Shown in pieces: positions 1 to 12,367 of a DNA stretch of 64,000 nucleotides (position 1 is the first letter of the stretch; each line of letters starts with the position of its first letter). Where the stretch lies: NCBI GenBank assembly GCA_032718475.1, contig JAUCBJ010000517.1:22948-86947 (forward strand), given 5' to 3'. The DNA comes from Nemertoderma westbladi (taxonomy: Eukaryota; Animalia; Xenacoelomorpha). The notes below the pieces were generated by a model that saw only the letters and a list, made by a program, of their open reading frames with translations, did no database searches and was not told the DNA's origin. A program made the position numbers and the translations under genes.

Positions 1-267
1 CTTATAACAGCCCTGCGTAGCTTCCCTAATTTGAGTAAGCTATGGATTGATTGCCTGTTTGGTGAACCGGAAGTGACCAAAGAAGAGGTTCTAGTCGATC
101 TTTATGATGTATTTTCTTCGGGAAATCTCGTTGAAGGGCTAAAGAACTTAAACATAAGTTATCGAAATACGCCTCATTTTATGTGTTTCTCGAAAATTGA
201 CACTGATCTCTCGGAATTTATTCGTAATACACTTTTGCATCGATGTAAAAACTTAATGATAGAGTAA
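1..267 (+). CDS. 3' end of an ORF entering from the left edge, possibly an LRR-containing protein
   Basis: Frame is open from base 1 (LITALRSFPNLSKLWIDCLF...LKNLNISY...) to TAA at 267. FPNLxxLxI and LKNLNIS resemble leucine-rich repeat segments. Weak. Confidence 0.3.
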   Translation, partial: LITALRSFPNLSKLWIDCLFGEPEVTKEEVLVDLYDVFSSGNLVEGLKNLNISYRNTPHFMCFSKIDTDLSEFIRNTLLHRCKNLMIE

Positions 268-345
268 TGATCTTTTAATGGTATGAGGAGCTACCAAAAC
301 TAACTATCTTCATTATTTGAAATTTAACTCAATATTTGATAAAAT

Positions 346-624
346 CGCCCGTGAAGAATACCAGGTTTTCACTTTTATGTCGAATTAAAATTTTATTTGA
401 ATTTTATATATGATGAATTTGTATTTTTTTTTTAATTTATCCTTATTAAGTATTTTATTGTGCGTTTATTGTTTTAATTCGCTTATTGTAACTTTGGTTA
501 TAGATTCAGCTCTTCTGTAATCTGGGTTCTTTGTGAAAACCTGATATTTTTCACATGTGGATGGGGGTAAACTGCAAGGTGAAATATAAAGCAGAAAGTC
601 TGGTCTACTACAACACATGGGCCG
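346..624. mobile_element. MITE-like repeat, copy 1
   Basis: Ends CGCCC(AT)GTGAAGAATACCAG ... CACATGGGCC. A collinear homologous copy lies at 25984-26262. Confidence 0.6.
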
Positions 625-1805
625 ATTCAATTAATTGACTATTTGCTTCCTTAATGTTTCTATAATCTTTAATCCTCTAATGTCTATAATTAACTAGAAA
701 GCCAGCAAGCTGGCTGGAAGGAGCCCGGGGGAAGAATCATAGCCAAGACTATTACAAATGAACAATGTCAGTCACAGCGGTAAGTAAACTAAACAATTGT
801 CTAAACTGTAAGGCGTGTGATGCTAGCTGACTTTGTGGCTCGTCCCACATAATAAAAAATGAAACTTTGCTATGACAACACACCCGGTTCTTTTAAATTT
901 GCGTGATTTGAGTTTTATGCTCGCACCACTATTTGTAAGAAATGTTAAAACTTATCTTACAGTATGCCAATGTTGTAATGGTATTAAAATATAATAATTA
1001 AATTTATTTACACTATTAATGCTTCAGCTAAAAAATGATGCTGATCCTATGTAATAAAAAAAATAAGAATATTATTTTTAAGAACCTTCTACATATATCC
1101 TATACAAAATAATCAGCCCAAGGATTCGTGGAATAATAATACAATCCTACTGCAGTGGTATAATTTATTTTGTTTATTGACAACTCAACTATTTTCTTGT
1201 CTATCCCTGAGAGCTGATAAAGGATGTGTAGACTCAGCCAGCAGCCAGCAGCAGGAGGGGTGTAGTCAAGGAATTCTGTCTTGATGGAATTCTATCTCAG
1301 GCAGCCCTGCACTCAACTGTTCCTACACAGCTAGCTGCTGCAGCTCAGGCAGGAGTTGTTACTCTACCATTGCTTTTAATTTCGCGACAAAATAATTTCA
1401 AAAAATGAAATATATCGAATACCACACATAGAATCGATCTGATATTTTGTAACGCGATTATGAACCAACAAAGCAATTTTGACCCATTGAAACCAACCAC
1501 CAATCCACCAAAAATTTCATCAAAATCACGAGGCAGGAAGTGCCTGAACCTAGATATTTATCAGTTAGTCAGTCAGTGTTATATATCCTGAGATTTTTAC
1601 AGTAAGTATCCTGCAGATTTTTACAGTAAGTATCCCGCTGTCGAGCGGGCTCCTAATTAATCGTGCTGTAATTTTATCACATTATATTTATGTAACATTG
1701 TAATTGTGAGTTGAATATAGTAATTGTAATTGAACCACGAAGTAAGGTTAACCTTAGCGTGGCGGTTCTAGGGTTCTTATTGATACACAGAATTAGTATG
1801 TCTAA

Positions 1806-3042
1806 TACGGTGGCCCAGACTGCCAGAACGGCCAAGAAACTTTTTAAATGTGAAAGTGTACTTTTCAGTGCTAAAGTGTTCTTTTCAGTGTGAAAATTAT
1901 CTTTTCATTGTGAAAGTGTAAATTTGAAAGTGCTAAAGTGTAAATTTGAAAGTGTAAATTTGAAAGTGCGAAAGTGTAAATTTGAAAGTGTAAATTTGAA
2001 AGTGGGAAAGTGTAAATTTGAAAGTGTCGAAGGTTTCGAAGGATGTGACTTTGCTGGGTACGGCAAACCTTCAACCATAATACAAATCGGGATCACCCAT
2101 CTAATACACCCATGTCTTGGGAACCCATATGGTTTCAACTTGTCGTACCCATCTGTATGCCATGCTGCATTCGGACCACGGTTGGAATACATCCTTCGTT
2201 TAAGTTTCCGTTTTTGGCGTAATGCAGTAGCTTCTGGGTTCAAGAGTTTTAGCAGTTGTTGTACAGTAGAACGCGTTACAGGAAACCCTTTCTTATTAAG
2301 ATAGCGCCACATATGACGGTAACCCCAACTGGACCCCGAACCACGAATAATGTTTCTCATCACTGCTTTGATCTGGTCAATGTCAATGTTACGGTTTCTG
2401 CGTACTAAATGTAAGTCTTTAAGACGTCTTCTTATCGTACGTGCACTGATTTGGACATTTTCTCTAACCCGCATAATCTTTACAATCTCCACATGTCAAA
2501 CCCTGACGGAAATAATTTTTTAGTTTGATTTCGTCATATCCCGCCATGACAGAATAGACCACAACAGCGCATTAGTACGGATGCATTCTGCTGACATGTC
2601 AATAATGCAGTAATATTACTGTTTTATGTTCTGTATTACTAACTGCCAAATGTACCGGTACAGTGGATAGGCCTCTATGTATACTTTACAGCACATGGTC
2701 TGGCCTACCTATCTGAATTTAAATTTCCCGCCATAATTCGGATTTAAATTTACACTTTCAAATTTACACTTTCTCACTTTCAAATTTACACTTTCTCACT
2801 TTCAAATTTACACTTTCGCACTTTCAAATTTACACTTTCTCACTTTCAAATTTACACTTTCTCACTTTCAAATTTACACTTTCGCACTTTCAAATTTACA
2901 CTTTCGCACTTTCAAATTTACTCTTTCAGATTTACACTTTCACAATGAAAAGATCATTTTCACACTAAAAAGAACACCTTTGTAGCACTGAAAAGGACAC
3001 TTTCACATTTCAAAAGTTGCTTGGCCGTTCTGGGCCACCGTA
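1806..3042 (-). mobile_element. Internally deleted IS3EU-like DNA transposon
   Basis: Long imperfect TIRs TACGGTGGCCCAGA...TCTGGGCCACCGTA with subterminal AAAGTGTAAATTTG tandem repeats at both ends. Carries a truncated transposase fragment. No clear 6-bp TSD. Confidence 0.8.
2070..2492 (-). pseudogene. Truncated IS3EU-type (integrase-core) transposase fragment
   Basis: ISARTIRRRL (HTH-like), WGYRHMW and GPNAAWHTDGYDKLKPYGFPRHGCI motifs. The frame breaks right after HGCI and runs into the TIR repeats. Confidence 0.75.
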
Positions 3043-3072
3043 CTTAGTGTTTCTAATTTCATAATTTTCCAG

Positions 3073-3255
3073 ACGGACTGCGATGAATACTTTGAAGATG
3101 GTGCGGTTGGTTGTTCTGATCTGGAGGGACATGAAAAGGACCCAGTTTGCACCGTTCGGGGTGTAACGTACAACAATAAGTGCACCATCTGCCATATGAC
3201 CCCTCCCATAGAAAAAATCGCACATAACGGCCCGTGTTTGGGAGTAAACCATGAA
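3073..3255 (+). CDS. Kazal-type protease inhibitor domain exon (internal, phase 0-0)
   Basis: ttttccag|ACG...GAA|gtaagt, 183 nt = TDCDEYFEDGAVGCSDLEGHEKDPVCTVRGVTYNNKCTICHMTPPIEKIAHNGPCLGVNHE. Matches the Kazal PVCxxxGxTYxNxC...H.G.C pattern. Absent from the ORF track. Confidence 0.85.
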
Positions 3256-4224
3256 GTAAGTATAGAGTTTGTTTTCACATACTTTATTGAGAGGGGAATT
3301 TGCATTTCATAACTATTTATTACAAAAACAAAGAACAAAAACATTTTCCCCTATTATTCCGAGATGTATAATTAGATGAGTGTTAGAGATCGACGTTAAA
3401 TATAATGCATCAGGGGTCACTTTGATCTTTGATGTAATGATTGTTTTGACTCTTAGCCCTCTTAGCCTTTTTCACGCGGACGTACATTAGTATTTTGTCT
3501 ATCGGTTAATGTACCGTCATTTTACTATTGTCCGTATTTGATCATTGTTTCAACATTCAGACTGTGGTTATTTTGTTCCGTTGTTTCCCGTTGTTACTTC
3601 TATTCTTTTTTTCATTTGCTTGTGGCTATTTACTGGTAATTTTTTATCGCCAATTAAATTATAATAATATAATAATAATGCACTTTTATTCAAATATTGA
3701 AACATTTATTTACTCTCTCATTTTCTACAGCGTCATAAAAAAGTTTAACTTTAATGTCACACTCACACTAATACATTAAGTGAAGCAAGGTACCGGTACC
3801 TGTAGGTATACCAGCTATTGTCAAATTTTAGTTTCACATTCCTATATTATTTACTGTGCTGTTGTACTGGTCTAGCAGTATTGGAAATAAACACTGTATG
3901 GTACCGGTAATATCAGTATGTATATGTATGGTACCGGTAATATCAGTATGTATGTATGATTTTATTGTTGCTCGCAGTAAACCATTTCACCGGTAAAGGA
4001 TACCGTTGGCATCACAAAATTTTAATTTCGCGATTTATATCATTGTCTCAACGGGAGGGAGTATAATTTGAAGAGATTGCATACGGAGGACGTCCTCCGT
4101 TAGAAGAAGGTCCTCGGTTGGTATGAAGGTATTTTTGTTGTGTCTTCGAAAGTTTATGTTTACACGAACACTCCAACCATATGGACCATATGTACCATAC
4201 CATACCATATGTACATATCTACAG

Positions 4225-5775
4225 CCCAGGTAGCACAAATACGTAAATTTACGGTAAATTTACGTTCATTATTCGTCCAGACGTTCTGGATTTATGTTCA
4301 TATGACGTTGTATTTCTCCCATAAGATGCTATTGATGCTAAACGTTCAATAGTTCAAAGTTGGCCGTCAGAAGTACCGTAATATGAACGGGCAATTGAAC
4401 GTAAAAGAGACCACAGGCAATCTATGTTCAAATGACGTGTTCACTAGACGTTCATTTCTGGTGTGTTATAGGTCCATATTAGGTTGAATAAACGTAAAAA
4501 TTTAACGTGAGACCAACCAATCACTGTTTGTTGGTGCATGTTCTGTGTAGAGAGGGGAGGGGGGGGGGGGGGGGGGGTTAGCCTACCTTATCCAATCCCT
4601 ACACCCTATCCTACGGCCCTACACCTACAATACCCTATACATTTAGAGAAGGAAGCATCAGAGTATATATGAAATTATTTAATCGATAGTGATATAAGAG
4701 TATCCATGATATATTATGGTGATGATCCACAAATTCACATTGGATTAGTTAGATTTCTGTATTTTATCTTATTTCCAGCCAAAATAGATTATTCATATTG
4801 ATGAATCTTAAAAAAATTAATTAATTTTATGACCTTATAATTGATATTTTAAATTTTGTATCTATGCAATAAGGCAATAATACATACAAAAAGCAATTGA
4901 AACGTAAGAAAGGTTTATATAATATGATAAATTTGTAAAATAATAAATAATGTTTTGCGATTAAAAAAATTACCCTACGCATGATAGAAGTTTGAACATT
5001 CCAACGCCCATATATCCGATTTATCTCAACAAAATGTAATGGTATTTGGTCAGTTGGTATCAAAATAGACAAACTTTTGCGGTTTTCTTTGTTTGATATT
5101 TTCTTGGTTCAAAAGGCCTAATATATTCTAATAATTTTATTACAATTTTTCGTGACATAGTACTAGTGTATTAGCTTTAGTAATCAGTAGAATCACCTTT
5201 GTCTAATTTTGATGTTATTTGTTGTTTAAAATGTTTAAAAATGCGTCAGCATTGTATTGGTTATCAATGTTTTGTTGTGTGAATAATTTTTCGATTACTT
5301 AAAGTAATTGTTTTGTATTGAGAATGAACCATTAGTCCAGATATAACTAAGCGGAACCACACCAACCATACAAGGAGTAGGCTAACCAACATAAAAAATA
5401 ATTGCACAATAATAAATAGTCAGATAATTGTATCACGAACAAGTTTGAACATGCCATTGACATAACAAGTTAAAGTAAATTATGTTTGAACGTTCATAAA
5501 CGTTCAAACAACGTACATATTTAGGTACAAAGAAATGAACGCATAACTGGACGCAATTTGAACGTTCAATATTCGTTTGTTTTGGTTCATATTCAATTTC
5601 TTTAAAGTTAGGACGTTAAATTACCTAATGTGAACGTCACAATTTGGTAAATTACTCACAACGTCAGCAATTTTTACCTATTTTGAACAATATTTCATTG
5701 ATGTTCAGATTCGCATAAAAAAAGTACCAAATATGAACGTTCAATTTCTTTCGTGGACGTCCTGTGCTACCTGGG
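4225..5775. mobile_element. Non-autonomous CMC/EnSpm-like element in the Kazal gene intron
   Basis: TIR CCCAGGTAGCACA / TGTGCTACCTGGG, 2-bp TSD AG on both sides, many internal AACGTT/GACGT subterminal motifs. Confidence 0.75.
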
Positions 5776-5918
5776 AGTATGTGGTGTGTATGATCAGTAT
5801 GAGGTCTAAAATACCAAAAATATAACGAATTACGGTAACATTTTTAGAACAATAAGTACCTTTATTTCACTTCCACGTATTTGTCGAAATAATGTTAAAT
5901 TTTTTACAGTAGGTCTAA

Positions 5919-6531
5919 TGTGGGGCGAGACACGTAGTCGGCGAGCCTTGGCATACGGTTCATATAGGGCAAATGGGGCATGTCCGTCTGTCTGTCTGTC
6001 TGTCCGTCCGTCTGTCTGGTAGATGTTTGAACGCGAATTTCTCGGCATCGCTCATTCGGAATTGAACCAAACTTAGTAGGTAAGTAGTAGAGAGAAAGTT
6101 TGTAAAGTTTGGTGAAAAATCATGCAGTCTGACGTCAGCTACGACAGATTATGTGGTTTTTAGAAAATGTTAAATTTCTCGAGAAGGCCTCATTTTCCTG
6201 AGCTGAAATTTTGGTGGCCTGTAGAGAATCATGAAGTCTATCTTTTACGAAATTGAAAAGTTAAGACATTTAATTGGGGATCCGCTAGAGACTCAGAAGT
6301 AATGACATAGGCCTACCGGTACGGTACTGCTGTACAGTGCTGCACTGGTAAGTACGAAATTGCAGAATAACAATTTGACACCACCTAGCGGATTAACATA
6401 TGATTGTATGTCGAATGAATACATTTATAGCATGGGATATTGGGTCCAAACTAGACATGCCCCATTTGCTCTATATGAACCGTATGCCAAGGCTTGCCGA
6501 CTACGTGCTGCGCGAAGTCCCCACGAACGTG
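5919..6531. mobile_element. Helentron/DINE-1-like non-autonomous element
   Basis: ~54-bp subterminal inverted repeats (5931-5984 vs 6454-6507) and a (GTCT)n microsatellite. Related ends recur in reverse at ~22277-22310 and ~24170-24297. Confidence 0.55.
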
Positions 6532-6656
6532 TATTGATCGGTTAAAAAACCTATTTTGTGGAATAAATATAATTTCGTAAATCTTCATAGAATATGGCCT
6601 TCTTTAAATCACAGAACTCACTAACATTACTGTGTAACAATTTACCAATGTTACAG

Positions 6657-6917
6657 CCGAATTGTCGTCCGTTTGCTAACCAACCATGTCCGCCGACATG
6701 CAATAACATAAGGCGGCTGAGATACGATGGTCGGAATGGCCCGTGCAGTCGGCATAGTCACGACCAACTGTGCGGTACGGATGGTAGAACATATTACTCA
6801 GAGTGCGCTCTTTGTAAACACCGAGACGTCGCGGTTGGTCCCTGCAGGAATGTTAATATCGCTTACGGGATGCCATGTGGAGTATCAGAGGAACTTATTG
6901 ATTATCTCAATCTATAG
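6657..6917 (+). CDS. Terminal Kazal-like domain exon
   Basis: CACTAAC branch point, ttacag|CCG acceptor in phase 0 matching exon 3073-3255, LCGTDGRTYYSECALC...IAYGMPC, stop TAG at 6917. Confidence 0.85.
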   Translation, partial: PNCRPFANQPCPPTCNNIRRLRYDGRNGPCSRHSHDQLCGTDGRTYYSECALCKHRDVAVGPCRNVNIAYGMPCGVSEELIDYLNL

Positions 6918-8109
6918 TAATAGATCTACTAAATACTGTTACAAGGTTAAACTATGTTTATTTAGATGCGAAATACACAGGTATAGTAGGCTGGTGAATG
7001 TACCTAATTTAAATTGTATCATGATGATATGCCACTTCAATATTTAATCTTGCTTGTTGAGGGGTAACGTACAGTAATAACGGTTCTTACCTGTACTTAA
7101 TACATCATACCCTGGAAGGGGAGGTGGGGGTGTGGTGGTGTCATTGAATTACGATATTATTCCAGAAGATAGTGTACAGTATGTAAGATGGAATCAGTTC
7201 TCATTCTGCACTCAAGGTGTACTAAACAACTGTTTGAAATTGATCAGAAGCCCTTGATTGTATTGCCGGAGCGAACTGACACGGTCAATAGATTTAAAGC
7301 TGTCGAGTTGAAAATTTGTAGGCAACAACAATAATCCAGGACATGGTGAAATATAGTGTACAGTAATGTTCTCCACACGGACCCCCTGTTTCTTAAGCCT
7401 TTGAAAAGTATCGTATCGCGGCCATTCTTCACATTAGTCGTGATTTTTATGTATCACTAGAAAGCTTCCGTTATAAGGATTCCAAATGTCAACTAGTCTT
7501 GAGTTTCGCTGCGAAACCAACAACAGATATTGGCGTTCAAAGATTCTATTTATTAATTAATACACAATATTCTAGAACACTATATTTTTTATATATATAT
7601 ATATATTTTATATTTTCTTACAACAGAGCTCCGGAAATATTGGCCAATTTTCTGGCTCCGGGCAAATTAACCCGGAGCCAATCCGGGGCTTATGTTGTTG
7701 AAATTCGAATTAAAACAATAAGTTTTTTGATGTATGAAATATTAACTAATTATTATTTACAGTCCGGACCTAATAGTATGTTATGTTATTGGTGAACCTG
7801 TGCAAAACGTAATTCATGTATTATTTTATTATGGTCGATAAATATATAATAATATGAATAATGTACCTAAATATCATAGTAATGAACATAATCAATTGTG
7901 GGTGTATACTGATTGGTTACAGACTGTTTTTCTTAGGTTTCCTTTAAGTAACAGATTAATTTTATACTAGTAATCTGGAGCCGGTTCATAAGGGGGGGGG
8001 GGGGGGGGGAAGGGGGGTGGATCAACTGAGAAGTCTAAAACATAAGATTATATTTTAGCCAAATGAACACCCGATTGGGTCTTTGACGCAATCAAATTTC
8101 ATCCCTCTC

Positions 8110-8295
8110 TAGGGGAAAATCGACGCAAATAACAGCTGATACTCTTTAATGACTGTAACCGGTTCTATTGAATTTGGTTTATTGTTTTAGTTAGAATAAC
8201 ATGCCACTGTAAACTGCTCATTTCCCTTAATTGATAATTTAACATTGAGGCGAGATATTAATTCGACGAGAGAGAATTTGTGTCAAATCCCCCCC
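8110..8295. mobile_element. Short MITE, copy 1
   Basis: AGGGGAAAATCGACGCAAAT ... ATTTGTGTCAAATCCCC imperfect TIRs. A homologous copy lies at ~25698-25880. Confidence 0.6.
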
Positions 8296-8623
8296 CCCCC
8301 CCCCCCCTTTCATTCATGTGAACAAACAGTTTAAAATTAAACAGTCAAATTGATATGATCATCCGAAAAATCATATAATAATATACAGTAGTGGACAAAA
8401 TAGATTTATTGAATGGAAAGCATCTGCAAAATGAAATAAATATTATTTCTGATTCCAATGTGTACACCATATCATATATAAAAGCTGTACCTAACTATCT
8501 TAATTTAAAAACAAATAAATACTTCGGGGGATTTTAAAAGTTACCACCAAATCATGCTGATATAGAAATACCAAAACCAAAGAAAGTATTGATAATTTCA
8601 GTTCTATGCGCGTCGATAATTAT

Positions 8624-11600
8624 CTAAAAAGGAAGAAACTTTGGCGGGTAGCGATTAGGAATGAGACGTTCCTCATAATGATCAGCAATATGATTGTATC
8701 CCAACTGGAGGAGCATATCTTTAATCCGATTATCGCCATCTTTACTCGTCTTACCATCGCTGTCCTGCTGACGAAGTAGACCCGCAATAGCTTTTGCATA
8801 GAAACCTTTCACTCGACAATATCTAATAAAGAAGGTAACAACCTGAGGCTTATTATCTGCTTCTACGTCAACCCATTCACTGAGAGATTCGTAAAGCGGA
8901 TCTATCTCATTGGTAGGAACAGAAACCTCGCCACCATCCAGACCATCTAGGATCTTATCAGCAAGAGCGCAACCCTTGCGACACAAGCTGTCAATTAAAT
9001 GACCCTTCATGGAATCAATATCTTTCTTAACATCACTGTCGACTTGACGCACCGCAACTTGAGCGCGAAACTCTTTTGTATTAATGCGCTCAATAATCTT
9101 ATTGCTAATATCCATAATTTTATCGAGGATATATGTGTTCCTATTCTTCACGCCATCTAAACACACCAACCGTGCACACATTAATGGCAGATGATCCGGA
9201 TACTGAACCAGAAGTTTCTCATAAGTTTCATCGTTATCTAGAGTCTTATGGTAAACGTTGATAACCCCGTCCCGAATTGTCTCCTCTACGGATTTATCGC
9301 TTTTCGTTTCACTCGCTTTATTACTTTTGTTCGGCGAAGGTCCGATTATATACTTGGCATTATACGTGATGGCCTTCTTGACGGGGTCGCTAGCTGCCAC
9401 CGAGATCGATCCTTGAAGGAACGAACCAACGGAAGAATATGACTTGAGAAACCTTTCCGCGGGTATGGGGCATGTGAACACCGTGGTTGACTGTCCAGGA
9501 CGCAATGCGATAGCTGTGGTAGCCCGCAGTAGTTCGGCTCTGATAGCAGCGAGAGGCGTAGCATAGAAATACAGATTGACAATCTGCGATAAACCGAATT
9601 TATTCTCCAAAACAAACATTGTATCTTTGCATTTCTCTAGCAATTCGTAATTTGGATGACAAATTTGAAATCGAATTGTATAATCTCCTTTTTCTAATCT
9701 GAAAGCGTATTTATAAGGAAAGGCATCCCCAGCAGCAATGAACTGTTTGTTAATGTCATACATCAACCAAAGCTGACTCTCAAAGTCACTTTCATAGAGA
9801 AACTCACAAAATGTCGGAAATTGAGGTATGACCTCCATCTCTCTACTCTGATGGAAGTTGTAAGTTAAGATAAGTTGGTAACTCAACTTATTATTCACCA
9901 TGGCATCCCGCTCCATTGATAGGGGAGATATTTTATAGTCAGTTGGCCTATACTGAGTTTTGCAACTTCTAAATGAACCCGAGATAACAGCCTCTTCCAC
10001 ACAATGACCCATTGTGTTGGCTACTGTTAGACGACTAACACCATCACTGGATGACAGGCACACATCTTGATGATCCAACTTTAAGCCATGGAATTCCACA
10101 TTATAACTCAAATGAGCCTCAAATAGGCTTTCAATACGCCAGTCCCTGGCAATACACACTTCTAATGTATAATCTTCTTCCACTTTGAAATAAAAATACT
10201 TTGTCACATTGCTGTTCAAAATAAATACCTTACACATTTCAGTGGTGCGGAAAGCTTGCAAGGTTTTTAGGTAAATACAATGAATCCAGAAAACCTCTTT
10301 GGCATTGGCGTCTTCTAGATTAATACTAACCTTGCACCAACTAGAACCTTTTGGAACAGCAATAAAACGTCGAACAATATCTGATTGCCGAAATACAATG
10401 TCATTGCCGGACAAGCTGGAATCGGTTGATGGGACAATAATCGTTATAGGAAGCCGGAAGAGTGGCCCCGCATCTATTCTATTAAGATCGTATCCATATA
10501 TGCAACTGAAATGAGCACCTTCTTTGAGAACGCTGATATCAAGAGATATGTTAAAATAATGGCTACTGTTGCACATGGTTAAGAATTTTGGATGCCTCAC
10601 CCAAGGTTCCTCACATGTCATCAGTATGGGCACGGAAAAGGCGACTTTATCACCATTGGAAACAGACTCGTGAAACTCAACTGATATGACGGTTCGATAT
10701 AGATGTGGCGAATTAATTTGGTGCAGATCCCGTATATATAAACCACGACCCCCATTCACTGACACTATAATATTAGCCATATTCACAGGATGTGGTATTT
10801 CATGTGCTAACAAATGATTAAAGGCTTTCTCTACTTGTAATAAACCCATTCCTAGGCTAAGGTGGTCTTTCTGATGACCTGCACTGTTCTCAATGGCTCG
10901 ACGCACGCTATGTGAAGTGTATCTGTGTCCTGCAGCCTTTATTCCACTCAGTACCAAAGCAATACCCCCACAGGCATTTGGAGAAGCCATACTAGTACCG
11001 TTCATCAGTTGTGTGTTCTTCAGTGTATAGGTTGGCACGCTGGTTATGGCAGCACCCGGGGCACTTATGCAGACACCATTACGACCTTCGGGAGTCGGAC
11101 CCCTCGAAGTAAACATGTAGGGTGCCGATTTACCCTGTCCATACATTGAATACAAGGCCTTCATCATCTCTGGGGTAATGTAAGCACCAACACCAATGAT
11201 ATCGCTGGATGAAATCTGCGGCGCATCAATGGTGCTTAAACCAGGACCATCGTTCCCAGCAGAAGTAACAAATATAATACCATGTTTATTGACAGCCTCT
11301 ATAATAGTCTCCACTATTTTTCCAGATCCATTCCAATTCGAAGCCTCTCCAAAGGAAAAGTTAATTAAATCAACTTTATTCTTAATGCAATGGTTGACTG
11401 CCCTTATAATTGATGTTCCTGTCTCCATCTCCCTGCCGAGTCGTGAATCCGCTATCTTAATAGATACTATTTGTGCACCGGGCGCAATGCCATTCCGCTC
11501 TGGTTCCTGTGGAAAGTTTGCCGCTGCAATAGCAGCCACATGGGTTCCATGCGCACCCCCATTTGTCACTATACACAAAACATTGCCGTTTTCATATATA

Positions 11601-12367
11601 TTAACTGAGTAGGTGAGGTTATCAGCCTCTGAAATTTTTCCAAATTGCAGTTTAACTTTGTAGTCCTCGAGAACCAGGCTAGTGGATAGGTCACCATGGC
11701 TGCTGGTGTCTACAATACTCAACCATTGGTTACCATCGTGCCAAACAATACAGTCCATAACGGGACCTGGGTCCTTGTATTTCTTATCAAAACTGGTTAG
11801 CATCTCGCGCCTCTCAATATACTCATCTTTCTGCAACTTATTTTTCAATGCTACTGTAGGATTACCGGTAGTCTGTAGACTAGCATTTTCACTCTGAAGT
11901 TTTTCGAAAGCCATTATCTGATGGGCTGCCTCAGCTAGTTTCTCTTTGTGGCTCAAATCCCAGACTTTTTCTCTTCTCTCTTTAACGACCCGCTCCTTCA
12001 ACAGTTTTGGGTACAACCGATACAAAGAAACTATTCCGACATGCCAGTCCCCGGAAGGGTTTGTCCAACTCTCTGATATTCGAAGTTTCCTTCCAGACAA
12101 CCCGGTTATCATCATTGTCTCATCGGCTTTTACTATAGTAGACGTGTCTATGTCTCCACCTCCACTGGTGTCTATAATATCGATTATTTTTGGTCGTCCG
12201 TCGCTGGTCACCTGCATTCCAGGTGAGGCGGGGTCGACTCCAGTGTCCAAAATTGCTATGGTAACCCGTCGTCCATCCCAATCCGGATGTTTATCAATAA
12301 AGGTTTTTGCTTCGATATCCGACTTGGGAAGTAAGGAATGTATGGGGAAGTTTTCGTCGGCCATCAT
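8624..12367 (-). CDS. TPP2: Tripeptidyl-peptidase II, single exon
   Basis: ~1247-aa uninterrupted ORF with N-terminal FPIHSLLPK, subtilase triad ILDTGVD / HGTHVA / NGTSMASP, TPPII-specific insert and C-terminal domains ending YPPKFLPF. First ATG is at 12367 (the track starts at TTG 12370). Confidence 0.97.
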   Translation of the reverse strand: MMADENFPIHSLLPKSDIEAKTFIDKHPDWDGRRVTIAILDTGVDPASPGMQVTSDGRPKIIDIIDTSGGGDIDTSTIVKADETMMITGLSGRKLRISESWTNPSGDWHVGIVSLYRLYPKLLKERVVKERREKVWDLSHKEKLAEAAHQIMAFEKLQSENASLQTTGNPTVALKNKLQKDEYIERREMLTSFDKKYKDPGPVMDCIVWHDGNQWLSIVDTSSHGDLSTSLVLEDYKVKLQFGKISEADNLTYSVNIYENGNVLCIVTNGGAHGTHVAAIAAANFPQEPERNGIAPGAQIVSIKIADSRLGREMETGTSIIRAVNHCIKNKVDLINFSFGEASNWNGSGKIVETIIEAVNKHGIIFVTSAGNDGPGLSTIDAPQISSSDIIGVGAYITPEMMKALYSMYGQGKSAPYMFTSRGPTPEGRNGVCISAPGAAITSVPTYTLKNTQLMNGTSMASPNACGGIALVLSGIKAAGHRYTSHSVRRAIENSAGHQKDHLSLGMGLLQVEKAFNHLLAHEIPHPVNMANIIVSVNGGRGLYIRDLHQINSPHLYRTVISVEFHESVSNGDKVAFSVPILMTCEEPWVRHPKFLTMCNSSHYFNISLDISVLKEGAHFSCIYGYDLNRIDAGPLFRLPITIIVPSTDSSLSGNDIVFRQSDIVRRFIAVPKGSSWCKVSINLEDANAKEVFWIHCIYLKTLQAFRTTEMCKVFILNSNVTKYFYFKVEEDYTLEVCIARDWRIESLFEAHLSYNVEFHGLKLDHQDVCLSSSDGVSRLTVANTMGHCVEEAVISGSFRSCKTQYRPTDYKISPLSMERDAMVNNKLSYQLILTYNFHQSREMEVIPQFPTFCEFLYESDFESQLWLMYDINKQFIAAGDAFPYKYAFRLEKGDYTIRFQICHPNYELLEKCKDTMFVLENKFGLSQIVNLYFYATPLAAIRAELLRATTAIALRPGQSTTVFTCPIPAERFLKSYSSVGSFLQGSISVAASDPVKKAITYNAKYIIGPSPNKSNKASETKSDKSVEETIRDGVINVYHKTLDNDETYEKLLVQYPDHLPLMCARLVCLDGVKNRNTYILDKIMDISNKIIERINTKEFRAQVAVRQVDSDVKKDIDSMKGHLIDSLCRKGCALADKILDGLDGGEVSVPTNEIDPLYESLSEWVDVEADNKPQVVTFFIRYCRVKGFYAKAIAGLLRQQDSDGKTSKDGDNRIKDMLLQLGYNHIADHYEERLIPNRYPPKFLPF

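Noticed and set aside
698-785. Possible upstream Kazal exon ending at GTAAGT (780)
   Set aside because: The phase-0 frame has a stop shortly upstream and no signal peptide.
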